Source of the DNA: an uncultured Eubacteriales bacterium
GTDB taxonomy: Bacteria > Bacillota > Clostridia > Oscillospirales > Acutalibacteraceae
Assembly: GCA_900314795.1 (NCBI GenBank)
Contig: OMWP01000001.1
Span: 16,265-80,264 of the forward strand
Length of the DNA: 64,000 bases
Direction: 5' to 3'
The translations under genes were made by a program, and so were the position numbers. This document shows, in pieces, positions 52,833 through 61,826 of this stretch. Every line of letters starts with the position of its first letter. Position 1 is the stretch's first letter. Under the pieces are notes generated by a model. It did no database searches. It was not told the DNA's origin and saw only the letters and a program-made list of their open reading frames with translations.

Positions 52833-53327
52833 ATGAAACTAGATTCGCAGATAACGCGTGAAAACGGTTCGGTGATACTGGATGCAGAAGACAACATTTG
52901 CTTTCATACTATTTATGACGCAATCAACGCAGTTGCGGGAACAGAGTATAAAGGATGGATGAAGGCTTGCTGGCCGTCTTCAGAGGGGTCAGATCATACC
53001 AATTTTCGCATTTGGTTTCCAAAGCTTGCGGAAAGGAAAGACGGAAAACTGGTCTGCGCATCAAATGATTGTTTGAATACTCTTTCTGAAGACTGGAATG
53101 AGATTGTGTACGATGATCTGAAACTGGTTGATAACGCAGATACTCCTCAATATATAGGATATGACCTGATATTTGCGAAAGAGCCTTCAGGAGGAGATTA
53201 TATTTTCAGAGGTGTTTTCCGTTTTGATGCAGAGCAATCACATCGGTATCATCATGTTGAAAAAAGAATCGCGACAAAAGTGAAACTCATCGGAACCCCG
53301 GCACATACTGCCGAGATACTTAATTAA
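52833..53327 (+). CDS. Hypothetical protein (possible stand-alone nuclease-associated DNA-binding domain)
   Basis: AGGAGA RBS; IWFPKL, NTLSEDWNEI, LIFAK..YIFRGVF; no catalytic motif seen. Confidence 0.6.
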   Translation: MKLDSQITRENGSVILDAEDNICFHTIYDAINAVAGTEYKGWMKACWPSSEGSDHTNFRIWFPKLAERKDGKLVCASNDCLNTLSEDWNEIVYDDLKLVDNADTPQYIGYDLIFAKEPSGGDYIFRGVFRFDAEQSHRYHHVEKRIATKVKLIGTPAHTAEILN

Positions 53328-53363
53328 GCGTATTATAACAGGAAAAATCTTAGGGGAACCATT

Positions 53364-53747
53364 ATGATCGAAGTAGTAGCCGCGCTGATATGGGATGGGG
53401 ATCGGTTCCTGATCTGTCAGCGGCCGGAGCATAAGGCTCGCGGATTGTTATGGGAATATGTCGGCGGGAAGGTCGAACCGGGTGAAACAAAGCAAGGAGC
53501 CCTCATTCGCGAGTGCCGTGAGGAGCTTGGCGTTATCGTCTCGGTTGGTGATGTGTTCATGGATGTGGTACACGAATACCCCGACATCACCGTTCACCTG
53601 ACCCTGTACCACGCTTCTATCGCGGAGGTTACGATCCGCTTGCTGGAGCATAACGCGATTGCATGGATTACCCCTGCTGAGATACCAGACTACGCTTTTT
53701 GTCCTGCAGATAAGGAGATCAACGAGAGGATAGCTATAGAATTATGA
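53364..53747 (+). CDS. MutT-like NUDIX hydrolase
   Basis: Nudix box GGKVEPGETKQGALIRECREELG; FCPAD. Confidence 0.92.
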   Translation: MIEVVAALIWDGDRFLICQRPEHKARGLLWEYVGGKVEPGETKQGALIRECREELGVIVSVGDVFMDVVHEYPDITVHLTLYHASIAEVTIRLLEHNAIAWITPAEIPDYAFCPADKEINERIAIEL

Positions 53748-54184
53748 ATACAGTCTTAGTATATTATTCGGAACATCACGGCAATACAAAGAAGCTCCTC
53801 GACGCAATCGCGGCGGCAGACAGTTCCGTTGCGCTTATCGATGTAACAAAGCAACTGGATACTGACCTCTCTTCCTTTGACCGTATCGGGTTCGCATCCG
53901 GCATCTACTTTAGCTCTTTTGCGAAACAGATCATATCCTTTGCCGACGCTTATCTTCCGGATAACAAAGACGTATTCTATATCTACACGCACGGCGCGCC
54001 TAAGGGCGGTTTTCTGAAAGGTATCCGTGAGATCGCGGCAAAAAGAAATTGCAGAGAGCTCGGCAAATACCACTGCTTGGGCTACGATACATTTGGACCA
54101 TTCAAGTTGGTCGGAGGAATCGCAAAAGGTCATCCGACTGAGGAAGAGATACAAGCAGCGGTAAGGTTTTATCAAGCTCTGTAA
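53744..54184 (+). CDS. Flavodoxin-family protein
   Basis: YYSEHHGNTKK, IGFASGIYF, GGIAKGHP. Confidence 0.85.
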   Translation: MNTVLVYYSEHHGNTKKLLDAIAAADSSVALIDVTKQLDTDLSSFDRIGFASGIYFSSFAKQIISFADAYLPDNKDVFYIYTHGAPKGGFLKGIREIAAKRNCRELGKYHCLGYDTFGPFKLVGGIAKGHPTEEEIQAAVRFYQAL

Positions 54185-54215
54185 AGTGTGGTTTCGGTAT
54201 CATTAAGGAGGATTT

Positions 54216-55028
54216 ATGATCAATTACGGATTAGAGAACAGAGTGGCGCTGATCACAGGGGCGAATAACCCGCAGGGGATTGGGGCGACGACTGCAATCG
54301 CTTTTGCCCGTGAAGGAGCAAAGGTAGCTATCGTATACAAGAAAGTGGATCGTCCGTTTGACGAGAATAAGACTGACCATAACGGCGTCGACAGGTATTA
54401 TGCGGCAAACGCCGGTGACGCGGAATTCGTTGAAAACAAGCTCAAAGAAATGGGCGCGGACTACCTGATCATTGAGAGCGATATCTCTGATGAGGAGGCG
54501 GTCAAAGGGATCTATGACGCCGTGCTGGAACGGTTCGGCAGAGTCGATATTCTGGTGAACAATGCGGCAGCGGACGACGAGACCGGTCTGGATACCATCG
54601 AGAAGATCACCTCGGATGTGGTTGATTCCACCTTTGCGGTCAACGTACGCGGCAGCATCCTGATGATAAAAGAGATGATCAATCGGCGCGCCGATTACGG
54701 CAGGATCATCAATATCTCCACCGACGCGGCACAGGTTTTTGCCGGGCAGATCACATACGGCGCGAGCAAAGCCGCTATGGAGGCGCTGACCCGCAGTATT
54801 GCGCTCGAAGTCGCGCAGTACGGCATTACCGTGAACTGTGTCGCGCCCGGTCCCACGCAGACAGGCTGGATCGACGATGAGCTGGAAAAAGCCGTCCTTC
54901 CGCTGATCCCGATGGGTCAGTTGATCCGACCGGAGGACATCGCCGAAACGATCCTGTTCCTCTCAAGCGAGCAGGCAGGGATGCTGACCGGTCAGGTCAT
55001 CAAAGTATCCGGCGGTCACGCGCTGTGA
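54216..55028 (+). CDS. SDR-family oxidoreductase
   Basis: ALITGA..GIG, ILVNNAA, YGASK catalytic motif, VNCVAPG, TGQVIKVSGG. Confidence 0.92.
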   Translation: MINYGLENRVALITGANNPQGIGATTAIAFAREGAKVAIVYKKVDRPFDENKTDHNGVDRYYAANAGDAEFVENKLKEMGADYLIIESDISDEEAVKGIYDAVLERFGRVDILVNNAAADDETGLDTIEKITSDVVDSTFAVNVRGSILMIKEMINRRADYGRIINISTDAAQVFAGQITYGASKAAMEALTRSIALEVAQYGITVNCVAPGPTQTGWIDDELEKAVLPLIPMGQLIRPEDIAETILFLSSEQAGMLTGQVIKVSGGHAL

Positions 55029-55062
55029 GTTTAGGGTACAGAACGGAGGGAGTAAGATAATT

Positions 55063-57996
55063 ATGAAAAGGATTGAAAACTGGGAAGGCCAGTTGGAAAG
55101 CACACAGATTGAATATACCCAAGAACAAGGTAGTGAAGAAATGTATTCTAACTCGAACGCTTCTGTGTCATCTGTGCCTTGTGATACTGATTTTCAAAAA
55201 GCGGATAAGACTGATTATATTGTTGCTGCATCTTGTGGTGTTCTTGCCGGATTATTAGATTCTTACTGGGTAGGCGAATTCTCTCTTCCTTCCGCACAGG
55301 ATTGGGGGCGAACTAAGGCTAACGGTTTTGTTGTGAAAATCGCCAAAATGCGTGGATATACAAAGAGTGAGCTAGAAGGCGCAATCCGATTTCTTGAAAA
55401 AGACGCGCCAATACCGTCGGATCAACTGACATCAACGTGGGGTGGCGGCCTGCAACATCATTTTCGCGACTTTGCTCATCATGCTTCTATTGTAGGCCTT
55501 GTGTTTTCGATAATGACTCAGTTCACTGGGCTTTCATATGGGACAAATACTAAAGGATTATTTGAAATCCACGAACTCCCAAATCAAGAGCTAATAGGAA
55601 ATACATTTGAAGAAAAAGTATTCAATGGAACGGTAATATGGGCACTTCATTTGGTTAGCGATATGGCTGGATCAAGCAAAAATGCAGGGAAAGGAACAGG
55701 AATTCCTGGACCTTTATTATCACTGGCAAAAGAACTGTCCGTTTTACCAAAGATTAGAGATATTAGATTTGAATATAAAAACAATGACATCAGTCTTTCA
55801 GTGTTGCTTTCCAAAATATTTAATGGAACCGCATTTGCACACTCAAGTAATAAAGATTTAACAAGATTTGATTTAAGAACGGAAATAGGTGTATATGCAT
55901 TTAGCATAAAGCAGAGTATCCCAGTTGTCCTTAATCAATGTATGGTTCGAGCTTTTTATTTTGTTAAGCGTCTTTGCATAGAAATTAGTAACAAGCAGGT
56001 TAGAGGAATCAGAGATATTTCAAAGCTTGAATCAAGTCATTTTCTTCCGTGGAACAACAAGTGCATAATACGAATGCTTACTATCTCAAGCGGTGTATTC
56101 TGCGCTTTTGATGCATCAGACGCGGCCATCAGGGCATTTATTAAATCCCCACAGAATAAAACCAAGTTTTTTACACAATTCTTACTTAGAACTAATTTTG
56201 TAGGTATTGGAAACTTCATTATATCTATTAGGAATGACATTGCCGTAAACCTCCTCGATAAAAAACGAGATGGAAAGAATTCAACTACACCAGTAAATGA
56301 TATTGATACAGGGTTGTCGGATGAAGCAATATCAATAGATATTGCTGTCAAGATTGACAATACTGGAATCTACAAGTATGCATTTTACAGGATGTATATG
56401 CATATAAAAAAGACAAAAGAAGATTTCTCAGCGATGCAAAGAGCACACGTTGGTATGGAACGAGATATAATTCAGCTGGAGGATGATGAAACAGACTTAT
56501 ATGATCGTGTTGCAACTATTAGTCGTCGTTCCCTGAAAATAGAAACTGAAGAACTGTTAATGAGGTTGTTCACATTATATGGTGTGACTTATTCACCTCT
56601 CTCCGATGAAGCTAAATGCAGAGATTTTATGCCATTTTACAGAATCGAAGATAAAAAGAAAATAGGGTACGTTTTTACTCATAGCATGATGCATCGGCTC
56701 GAATGGCAAGAATTAAAAGAAAAGTACAAGATTGATGGAATAAGAGCTGTTGCTTTAGTAGAACTCAAAGAGGATATTGAAACAAGGGAAAGTATCGTAA
56801 AATATGAGACAGGACTGTCAGGTGGTTTTGTCCAATATATGCCTTTAAAAGAACTGTTCTCCATGGTTTCTGAAGAAGAGTATAATGTTTACATGACCTT
56901 TGTTAGGAAGTTTAATGAGGATATTAAGAGGCTTATTGGATATCGAACGATCGTTGTACCATCAGACAGTTCCTTAGAGGAACTAAAGAACGATATTGAG
57001 ATCGAGCTCCGAAACTCAGATTTTGAGAAGCAACTTTTACAGGATGGATTATATGAGAATCAGATAAAGATAATTAAAAAGAATTTCTGGAACCGAGCAC
57101 TTTATCAAGCCTTGCTGGGAGAATCTTCTTTTGCAGAAAGTTTCCTTAGCTCAGAATGGTATTATAAGAATCATGTTGAGTTCAGCATTCTGGAACAGAC
57201 TGCGATTATTGCTGGCTATCTTAAATCTGTTGAACAATTATTGTACTCAATAATTAAATTGTCAGAAGGGACTGGAAAGCAAATTAAAAAGTTTGGGGGC
57301 GGTAGATCTGATTTTATTGAGTATTGTGCTGAGAACTCATCTTTGATTGATTACACACTGGGTTCTATCATTGGCTATGCAAGGTATTATTCGGATTTAT
57401 GGGATGTGAATCCATTTGTCAAGAACTATATTGCTGATAAACTGAATGTCTATCGTGACAAATACCGTAATGATCATTTTCATAAAGATAATGTCAAAAG
57501 TATAGAAGAGATTGAGGAAATTAGAACAAATACGATTATGATTTATTATCTTCTTCTTGGGGCTATGAAAATCGATGATTCCGATAAAGTACGGATTGGA
57601 ATTGTTTTAAAGCAAAAAACAAAGAAGATAAAGCAGGATATAACATATCAGATGTTGGAGAAGTGGCTTGACCGGATTGTCGGTGGAGATGTATTGCTTC
57701 CAGAATCATCAAAGCTATATTTTGAAATAAGTGTATGGGGTACTAAACAGTGGAGTCTGAAATTCTTAACTGTCAGTGGATTCGATGAGAGAGGAATTCC
57801 ACAGGATACAAATTGGCCCTATATTGGAGATGACTTAAAATGGGATAGGGTTCTTGATAAAGATGAGACAGTAGAGAAGGTAATTTCGCTCATCAAAGAA
57901 TACTTAGAAAAAGGGATATATGCAGGTAATCTAAAGAAATATTCGATGATATCAGCAGGATGGTTTGGACATCCACAAGTATTATTCAAAAAATAG
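55063..57996 (+). CDS. 977-aa hypothetical protein with hydrophobic N-terminal region and a C-terminal HEPN-like RxxxxH motif
   Basis: YRNDHFH, preceded by the helix YLKSVEQLL; AT-rich; inside the island. The ORF is real; the HEPN call is inference. Confidence 0.55.
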   Translation: MKRIENWEGQLESTQIEYTQEQGSEEMYSNSNASVSSVPCDTDFQKADKTDYIVAASCGVLAGLLDSYWVGEFSLPSAQDWGRTKANGFVVKIAKMRGYTKSELEGAIRFLEKDAPIPSDQLTSTWGGGLQHHFRDFAHHASIVGLVFSIMTQFTGLSYGTNTKGLFEIHELPNQELIGNTFEEKVFNGTVIWALHLVSDMAGSSKNAGKGTGIPGPLLSLAKELSVLPKIRDIRFEYKNNDISLSVLLSKIFNGTAFAHSSNKDLTRFDLRTEIGVYAFSIKQSIPVVLNQCMVRAFYFVKRLCIEISNKQVRGIRDISKLESSHFLPWNNKCIIRMLTISSGVFCAFDASDAAIRAFIKSPQNKTKFFTQFLLRTNFVGIGNFIISIRNDIAVNLLDKKRDGKNSTTPVNDIDTGLSDEAISIDIAVKIDNTGIYKYAFYRMYMHIKKTKEDFSAMQRAHVGMERDIIQLEDDETDLYDRVATISRRSLKIETEELLMRLFTLYGVTYSPLSDEAKCRDFMPFYRIEDKKKIGYVFTHSMMHRLEWQELKEKYKIDGIRAVALVELKEDIETRESIVKYETGLSGGFVQYMPLKELFSMVSEEEYNVYMTFVRKFNEDIKRLIGYRTIVVPSDSSLEELKNDIEIELRNSDFEKQLLQDGLYENQIKIIKKNFWNRALYQALLGESSFAESFLSSEWYYKNHVEFSILEQTAIIAGYLKSVEQLLYSIIKLSEGTGKQIKKFGGGRSDFIEYCAENSSLIDYTLGSIIGYARYYSDLWDVNPFVKNYIADKLNVYRDKYRNDHFHKDNVKSIEEIEEIRTNTIMIYYLLLGAMKIDDSDKVRIGIVLKQKTKKIKQDITYQMLEKWLDRIVGGDVLLPESSKLYFEISVWGTKQWSLKFLTVSGFDERGIPQDTNWPYIGDDLKWDRVLDKDETVEKVISLIKEYLEKGIYAGNLKKYSMISAGWFGHPQVLFKK

Positions 57997-58015
57997 GATA
58001 CAGGGAGTTGATACT

Positions 58016-58150
58016 ATGAAGAAAAGAATCATTGCCGTACTCGGCATACTGGCTGTCCTTTCAAGCATACTGCTGGCAGGCTGCTCTGAAAGCGGATCAG
58101 AGTCAAAAACAATAAAAGAAACGATCGGTATCATCGGTGCGATGGCTGTG
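58016..58150 (+). pseudogene. Truncated lipoprotein / MTA-SAH nucleosidase-like 5' fragment
   Basis: Lipoprotein signal LLAGC then TIGIIGAM (start of the Pfs/MtnN fold); the sequence changes character abruptly near 58145. Confidence 0.5.
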
Positions 58151-58170
58151 AGTCGCTCTTGCTTTTTGTA

Positions 58171-59565
58171 TCACTCATACAGGAGGATATTGTCTTTTTC
58201 ATCAGCCAACTGTTTCAGCTTTTCACTATAGCCATTGAAACTGAAGAATACGAAGTGATTGATCCTGTTCTGTTTTTTCCAATCGACCTTTTCGATCTTC
58301 TCCAGCAGATGATAGTATATGTCCACGTCCATCGGGTCGTTGGTGAATTTACACTCGCCGAATATCACATTATCGGAGTTTTCGTCTACGGCAACGATAT
58401 CGATCTCAGTATCGCTCCTGTCCCACCATCTGCCGATGCGCGTTGGAATAAAATCCCACTTTCCTTCGGCAACCAGTGCGGGCATATACTCCCTCCGACA
58501 AATATCCTCATAGACGAAAGCGGCGTGATTCGCGACAAACCCCTGCTGTATCTTCTTCATGACAAAGTCGGTGTTGTCCATTTCGATGTATGACCGGTAG
58601 GGATAGATGAACCGGAACCAGAACCGAATGTAATTGTCCTTGATCTTGTATAAACCCATCTTGCTCTTTTCGGGCTTATCCTCGGTGGCGGGAACTTCGC
58701 GCTCGAGAATATCCAGATCGATCAGCGTTTTCAGATACTTCGGCAGATTGGTCTGCGCTACATTCAGCGCCGAGGCGATCTCGCTTTGCTTCTCTTTGCC
58801 CGAGGCGATGGTCTTGATAATGGAGAAGTAGCTGCCAACATCCTTCACTTCCTTTTCGAGCAGGAAGGAAGGCTCCTCGTAAAGATAACTCTCCTTCGAC
58901 ATCACGCACCGCTCAATAGCGGTATAGACGTCGGTGTACGGCTCAAAGGTCTCGATATACTTCGGTACGCCTCCGGTGACCGCGTAGCATTCGATAAGTT
59001 GTCTTTCGCTGATATCCGAGAAGAACTGCGGATAATACCGGAAGGCGATCTGCTTCATCTTGATCTGACCTGTCCGTCTGCCGTAGAGGGGGCTGTCGTA
59101 GGACAGCGTCTGGGAGTACATCATGTTCACCAACGATCCGCAGAGGATCAGCATGATGTTTTTGTCAGCGAGCATAGTATCCCATATCTTTTGCAGGACG
59201 GATACAAAGGCGCGGTTCGCTTTACCGATGTACTGAAACTCATCCATGATGATCAGCGTTCTGCTGTGGGCGCCATCATTGACGATATAAGAGAATAACT
59301 CCTCCCAGCTGTCGATCTGAGCTTGGGCTAACAGGGGATTGCCGATATACTCCGCGACCTTTGCTTTGAAGGCGTTTCTGTTCTCGGCTTCGCTTTCTTC
59401 CGTAGCGAGGAAGAACAGTGCGTCCTTATCTTTGATGAACTCCTTAATCAGCGAGGTCTTGCCGATCCTTCTCCGACCGTAGATCACGATGAACGAGGCG
59501 GAATCCTTTTGAAACTCCGCTTCAAGAAAAGCTTTTTCCTTTGCTCTGTTGACGAACTCTTTCAT
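58171..59565 (-). CDS. Archaeal-type AAA ATPase with DUF234-like C-terminal region
   Basis: YGRRRIGKTSL, IMDEFQY, LILCGS, GGVPKY, DNYIRFWFRF, GRWW..EIDIV..GECK. Confidence 0.88.
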   Translation of the reverse strand: MKEFVNRAKEKAFLEAEFQKDSASFIVIYGRRRIGKTSLIKEFIKDKDALFFLATEESEAENRNAFKAKVAEYIGNPLLAQAQIDSWEELFSYIVNDGAHSRTLIIMDEFQYIGKANRAFVSVLQKIWDTMLADKNIMLILCGSLVNMMYSQTLSYDSPLYGRRTGQIKMKQIAFRYYPQFFSDISERQLIECYAVTGGVPKYIETFEPYTDVYTAIERCVMSKESYLYEEPSFLLEKEVKDVGSYFSIIKTIASGKEKQSEIASALNVAQTNLPKYLKTLIDLDILEREVPATEDKPEKSKMGLYKIKDNYIRFWFRFIYPYRSYIEMDNTDFVMKKIQQGFVANHAAFVYEDICRREYMPALVAEGKWDFIPTRIGRWWDRSDTEIDIVAVDENSDNVIFGECKFTNDPMDVDIYYHLLEKIEKVDWKKQNRINHFVFFSFNGYSEKLKQLADEKDNILLYE

Positions 59566-60117
59566 ATACTCACCTGCTTCAAATACAAACTACAATATTA
59601 TTATATCACAAAGTATTATTATTTCAAGTATAATTTTTATACTCTCAGTTTAGGCTGATATTCAATCCGAGCAAGAGAAAAGGATCTGTTTTCATGATGA
59701 AAACAGGTCCTTTTTTGTTACCCGGAAACGACAAAATTGAAGATTGAGGCAAGGTAGGGGAAGTATCGCCCTGCCCTTGAGCGGTGCCTCAGAGCGAAGA
59801 AAAGCGCCCGAAATCTACCCGAGAACGCACAGTTCAGGGAAGTCTCGGGCGTTTCTGCGTTTCAGGGTTAGGCATTCGATGCGATATCCAAACACGGTTT
59901 TGACGGGCTGATTTCCGCCTGCCCTTTGTTAAAATCCGCGCAAACCCTGGCGCCTGTCAAGACTGACAACGCAGTTATGCGGAATTCTCCACAATAGATA
60001 TTAAAGTGTTTTATTGCTACTTAGTATCAGTCATGAAAAGCCATCGGGCAGTAACAGAGCATAAGAACAGGCTGTACTCTCACACGAGGGTACAGCCTGG
60101 TGTATTTATCTAACTTT

Positions 60118-61191
60118 TTACTTTAACCGATATACTCTGTTCCGGTTGGCGCCTTCGGCGATGATGATACCATCCTGTATCAGTTCACTGAGGTAATCCC
60201 TCGTCCTGGACGGCTGTAACCCGATCGCAGCGGCAACCTGAGAAGCTTTGACGGTTCCGTTGTCTTTGATAAAGGCGATAATTGCTTGACGGTTCCGTAC
60301 GTTTATCGCCGATTTTTTATCGCCGATTTTTTCTTTATCGCCGATTTTTTCAGGTGGCTGCATTTCGGTATCAATCAGCAAATACCGATTTTTAAGTTCA
60401 TGATGTTCTCCTAGCAGCAGATTCCGGAAGAAGTGTTCCAGATAGCTTTTATCCTCGACAATCCCCTTTTGGATATCGGAGTAGTTCGCACGAACAAGGG
60501 CGTTTCGAAAATACCATGAGTTCTCAGCAAACAGCGTATTGTTCACCTCAAAGCCCAGCGAGCGGAGATATTTGATGCTGAACACCGCCGTCGATCTGGT
60601 GTTGCCTTCGCCGAAGGGATGGATCTGCCACAGGTTCGAAACAAACTCCGTGATATGGCGGATGCTCTTGTCGATTCCGAGACCGCTGTAATCAAAGTGT
60701 CTCTCTGCATCAAAATCATAGTTCAGCGTATCGCGGATCATGTCGGAACCGGCATAAACCACCGACTTGCCTTTGAGCACCCACTCTTTTTTTGAGATGT
60801 TGTAATCGCGGATATTTCCGGCGAATTTGTAGATACCCTCAAAGAGTCTGCGATGAATCGCGATGAACTGTTCAGGCGAGAAAACAAAGGCGTCTTCCGA
60901 GAGAATCTGAGCAATGCGGGCGGATACCTTATCTGCTTCTTCGGTACGGTTCTCCGCGTCAATGCGCGCGGTTTTGCTCTCATAGTAGCTGTGGATCAGC
61001 TCGTTCGCTTCTTTCAGCGTGATGTCACCGTCGATGTTCTTTTTCGCGGTCTCAATCAGGTATTCGGATGGCTTTAGGCCGTCCACATCCTGCAGACCGA
61101 TCGCCGTCTGCCAGATATAGCCTTTCTGCTGTTTTTCAGGCTCGCTCTGTCGGATATATTCATCAAAATCAAAGTTGACAGGATCGCTCAT
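60118..61191 (-). CDS. Fic-family protein with VbhA-like N-terminus and C-terminal wHTH
   Basis: HPFGEGNTRST Fic motif; AIGLQDVDGLKPSEY N-terminus; GANRNRVYR C-terminus. Confidence 0.88.
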   Translation of the reverse strand: MSDPVNFDFDEYIRQSEPEKQQKGYIWQTAIGLQDVDGLKPSEYLIETAKKNIDGDITLKEANELIHSYYESKTARIDAENRTEEADKVSARIAQILSEDAFVFSPEQFIAIHRRLFEGIYKFAGNIRDYNISKKEWVLKGKSVVYAGSDMIRDTLNYDFDAERHFDYSGLGIDKSIRHITEFVSNLWQIHPFGEGNTRSTAVFSIKYLRSLGFEVNNTLFAENSWYFRNALVRANYSDIQKGIVEDKSYLEHFFRNLLLGEHHELKNRYLLIDTEMQPPEKIGDKEKIGDKKSAINVRNRQAIIAFIKDNGTVKASQVAAAIGLQPSRTRDYLSELIQDGIIIAEGANRNRVYRLK

Positions 61192-61716
61192 TCTCTCACC
61201 ACCTTAATATAGTATTATACCATAGACCGGGGCAAATAACAACCGTATTCTTTTCAGGGGAAAGGCTCTTTGAAAATATTTTTTCAGTGCAAAAAATCGC
61301 CATCGGAGGCCTTAAATGACTCCTGTCAGGGTGACCAAACAAAGTCCTTTATCCTGTACCGTTTGAACATTAGTTTGAGCATTTTTTACGTTCCGAGCCC
61401 GCGAGACCGCATGGGAACTGGGATTTGTACTTTCACTCGGACCACCCTAAGACTCTCAAAAGTGCAGGTTTTATCTCACTTTTGGGAGTTTTTCTTTTTT
61501 GTGAATCAAAAAATTTTTCATTATTTTTTCATTGTTTTCTTGAAATAATGACTGCCCATGGTCGTGAAAACCTTTGCTTTCTCCATACTGAATACCGGCA
61601 TTGATCATCCTCCCAGACATGAATAATCGTATCATTTTTCCCTGTGCAATTGGCTGACTTGATCTAAAATTAATCAAAAACAATGAAAATTGATAAAATT
61701 TTTTAAGTCTGACAGT

Positions 61717-61738
61717 TTTTGTCACTGTTTTGTCACAG
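61717..61738 (+). promoter_or_regulatory. 11-bp direct repeat, OmpR/PhoB-type operator candidate
   Basis: TTTTGTCACTG-TTTTGTCACAG, ~90 bp upstream of the 482-aa secreted gene. Confidence 0.45.
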
Positions 61739-61826
61739 TGAGGCTGATATACTGTAGTCACAACAGAGGGAAAACACAAACGACGACGAGAGATCATTCT
61801 TTCGTATTCAAAAAGGAGGAAACATC

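Larger units (their letters stand above)
36677..61445. mobile_element. tRNA-Pro-integrated genomic (defence) island, ~24.7 kb, with 13-bp att direct repeats
   Basis: TCACTCGGACCAC at 36677-36689 and 61433-61445; ParB-like, TnpV and RM-like cargo; visibly AT-rich blocks at ~38.5-52.5 kb and ~55-58 kb. Confidence 0.85.

Noticed and set aside
57965-58231. 88-aa ORF as an intact gene
   Set aside because: Chimeric: a lipoprotein/nucleosidase-like start fused to antisense sequence of the ATPase gene; recorded as a pseudogene fragment.
36690-61432. Retron, DGR or other reverse-transcriptase system, or an integrase, in the island
   Set aside because: No ORF with YxDD/RT motifs or recombinase catalytic motifs was found.
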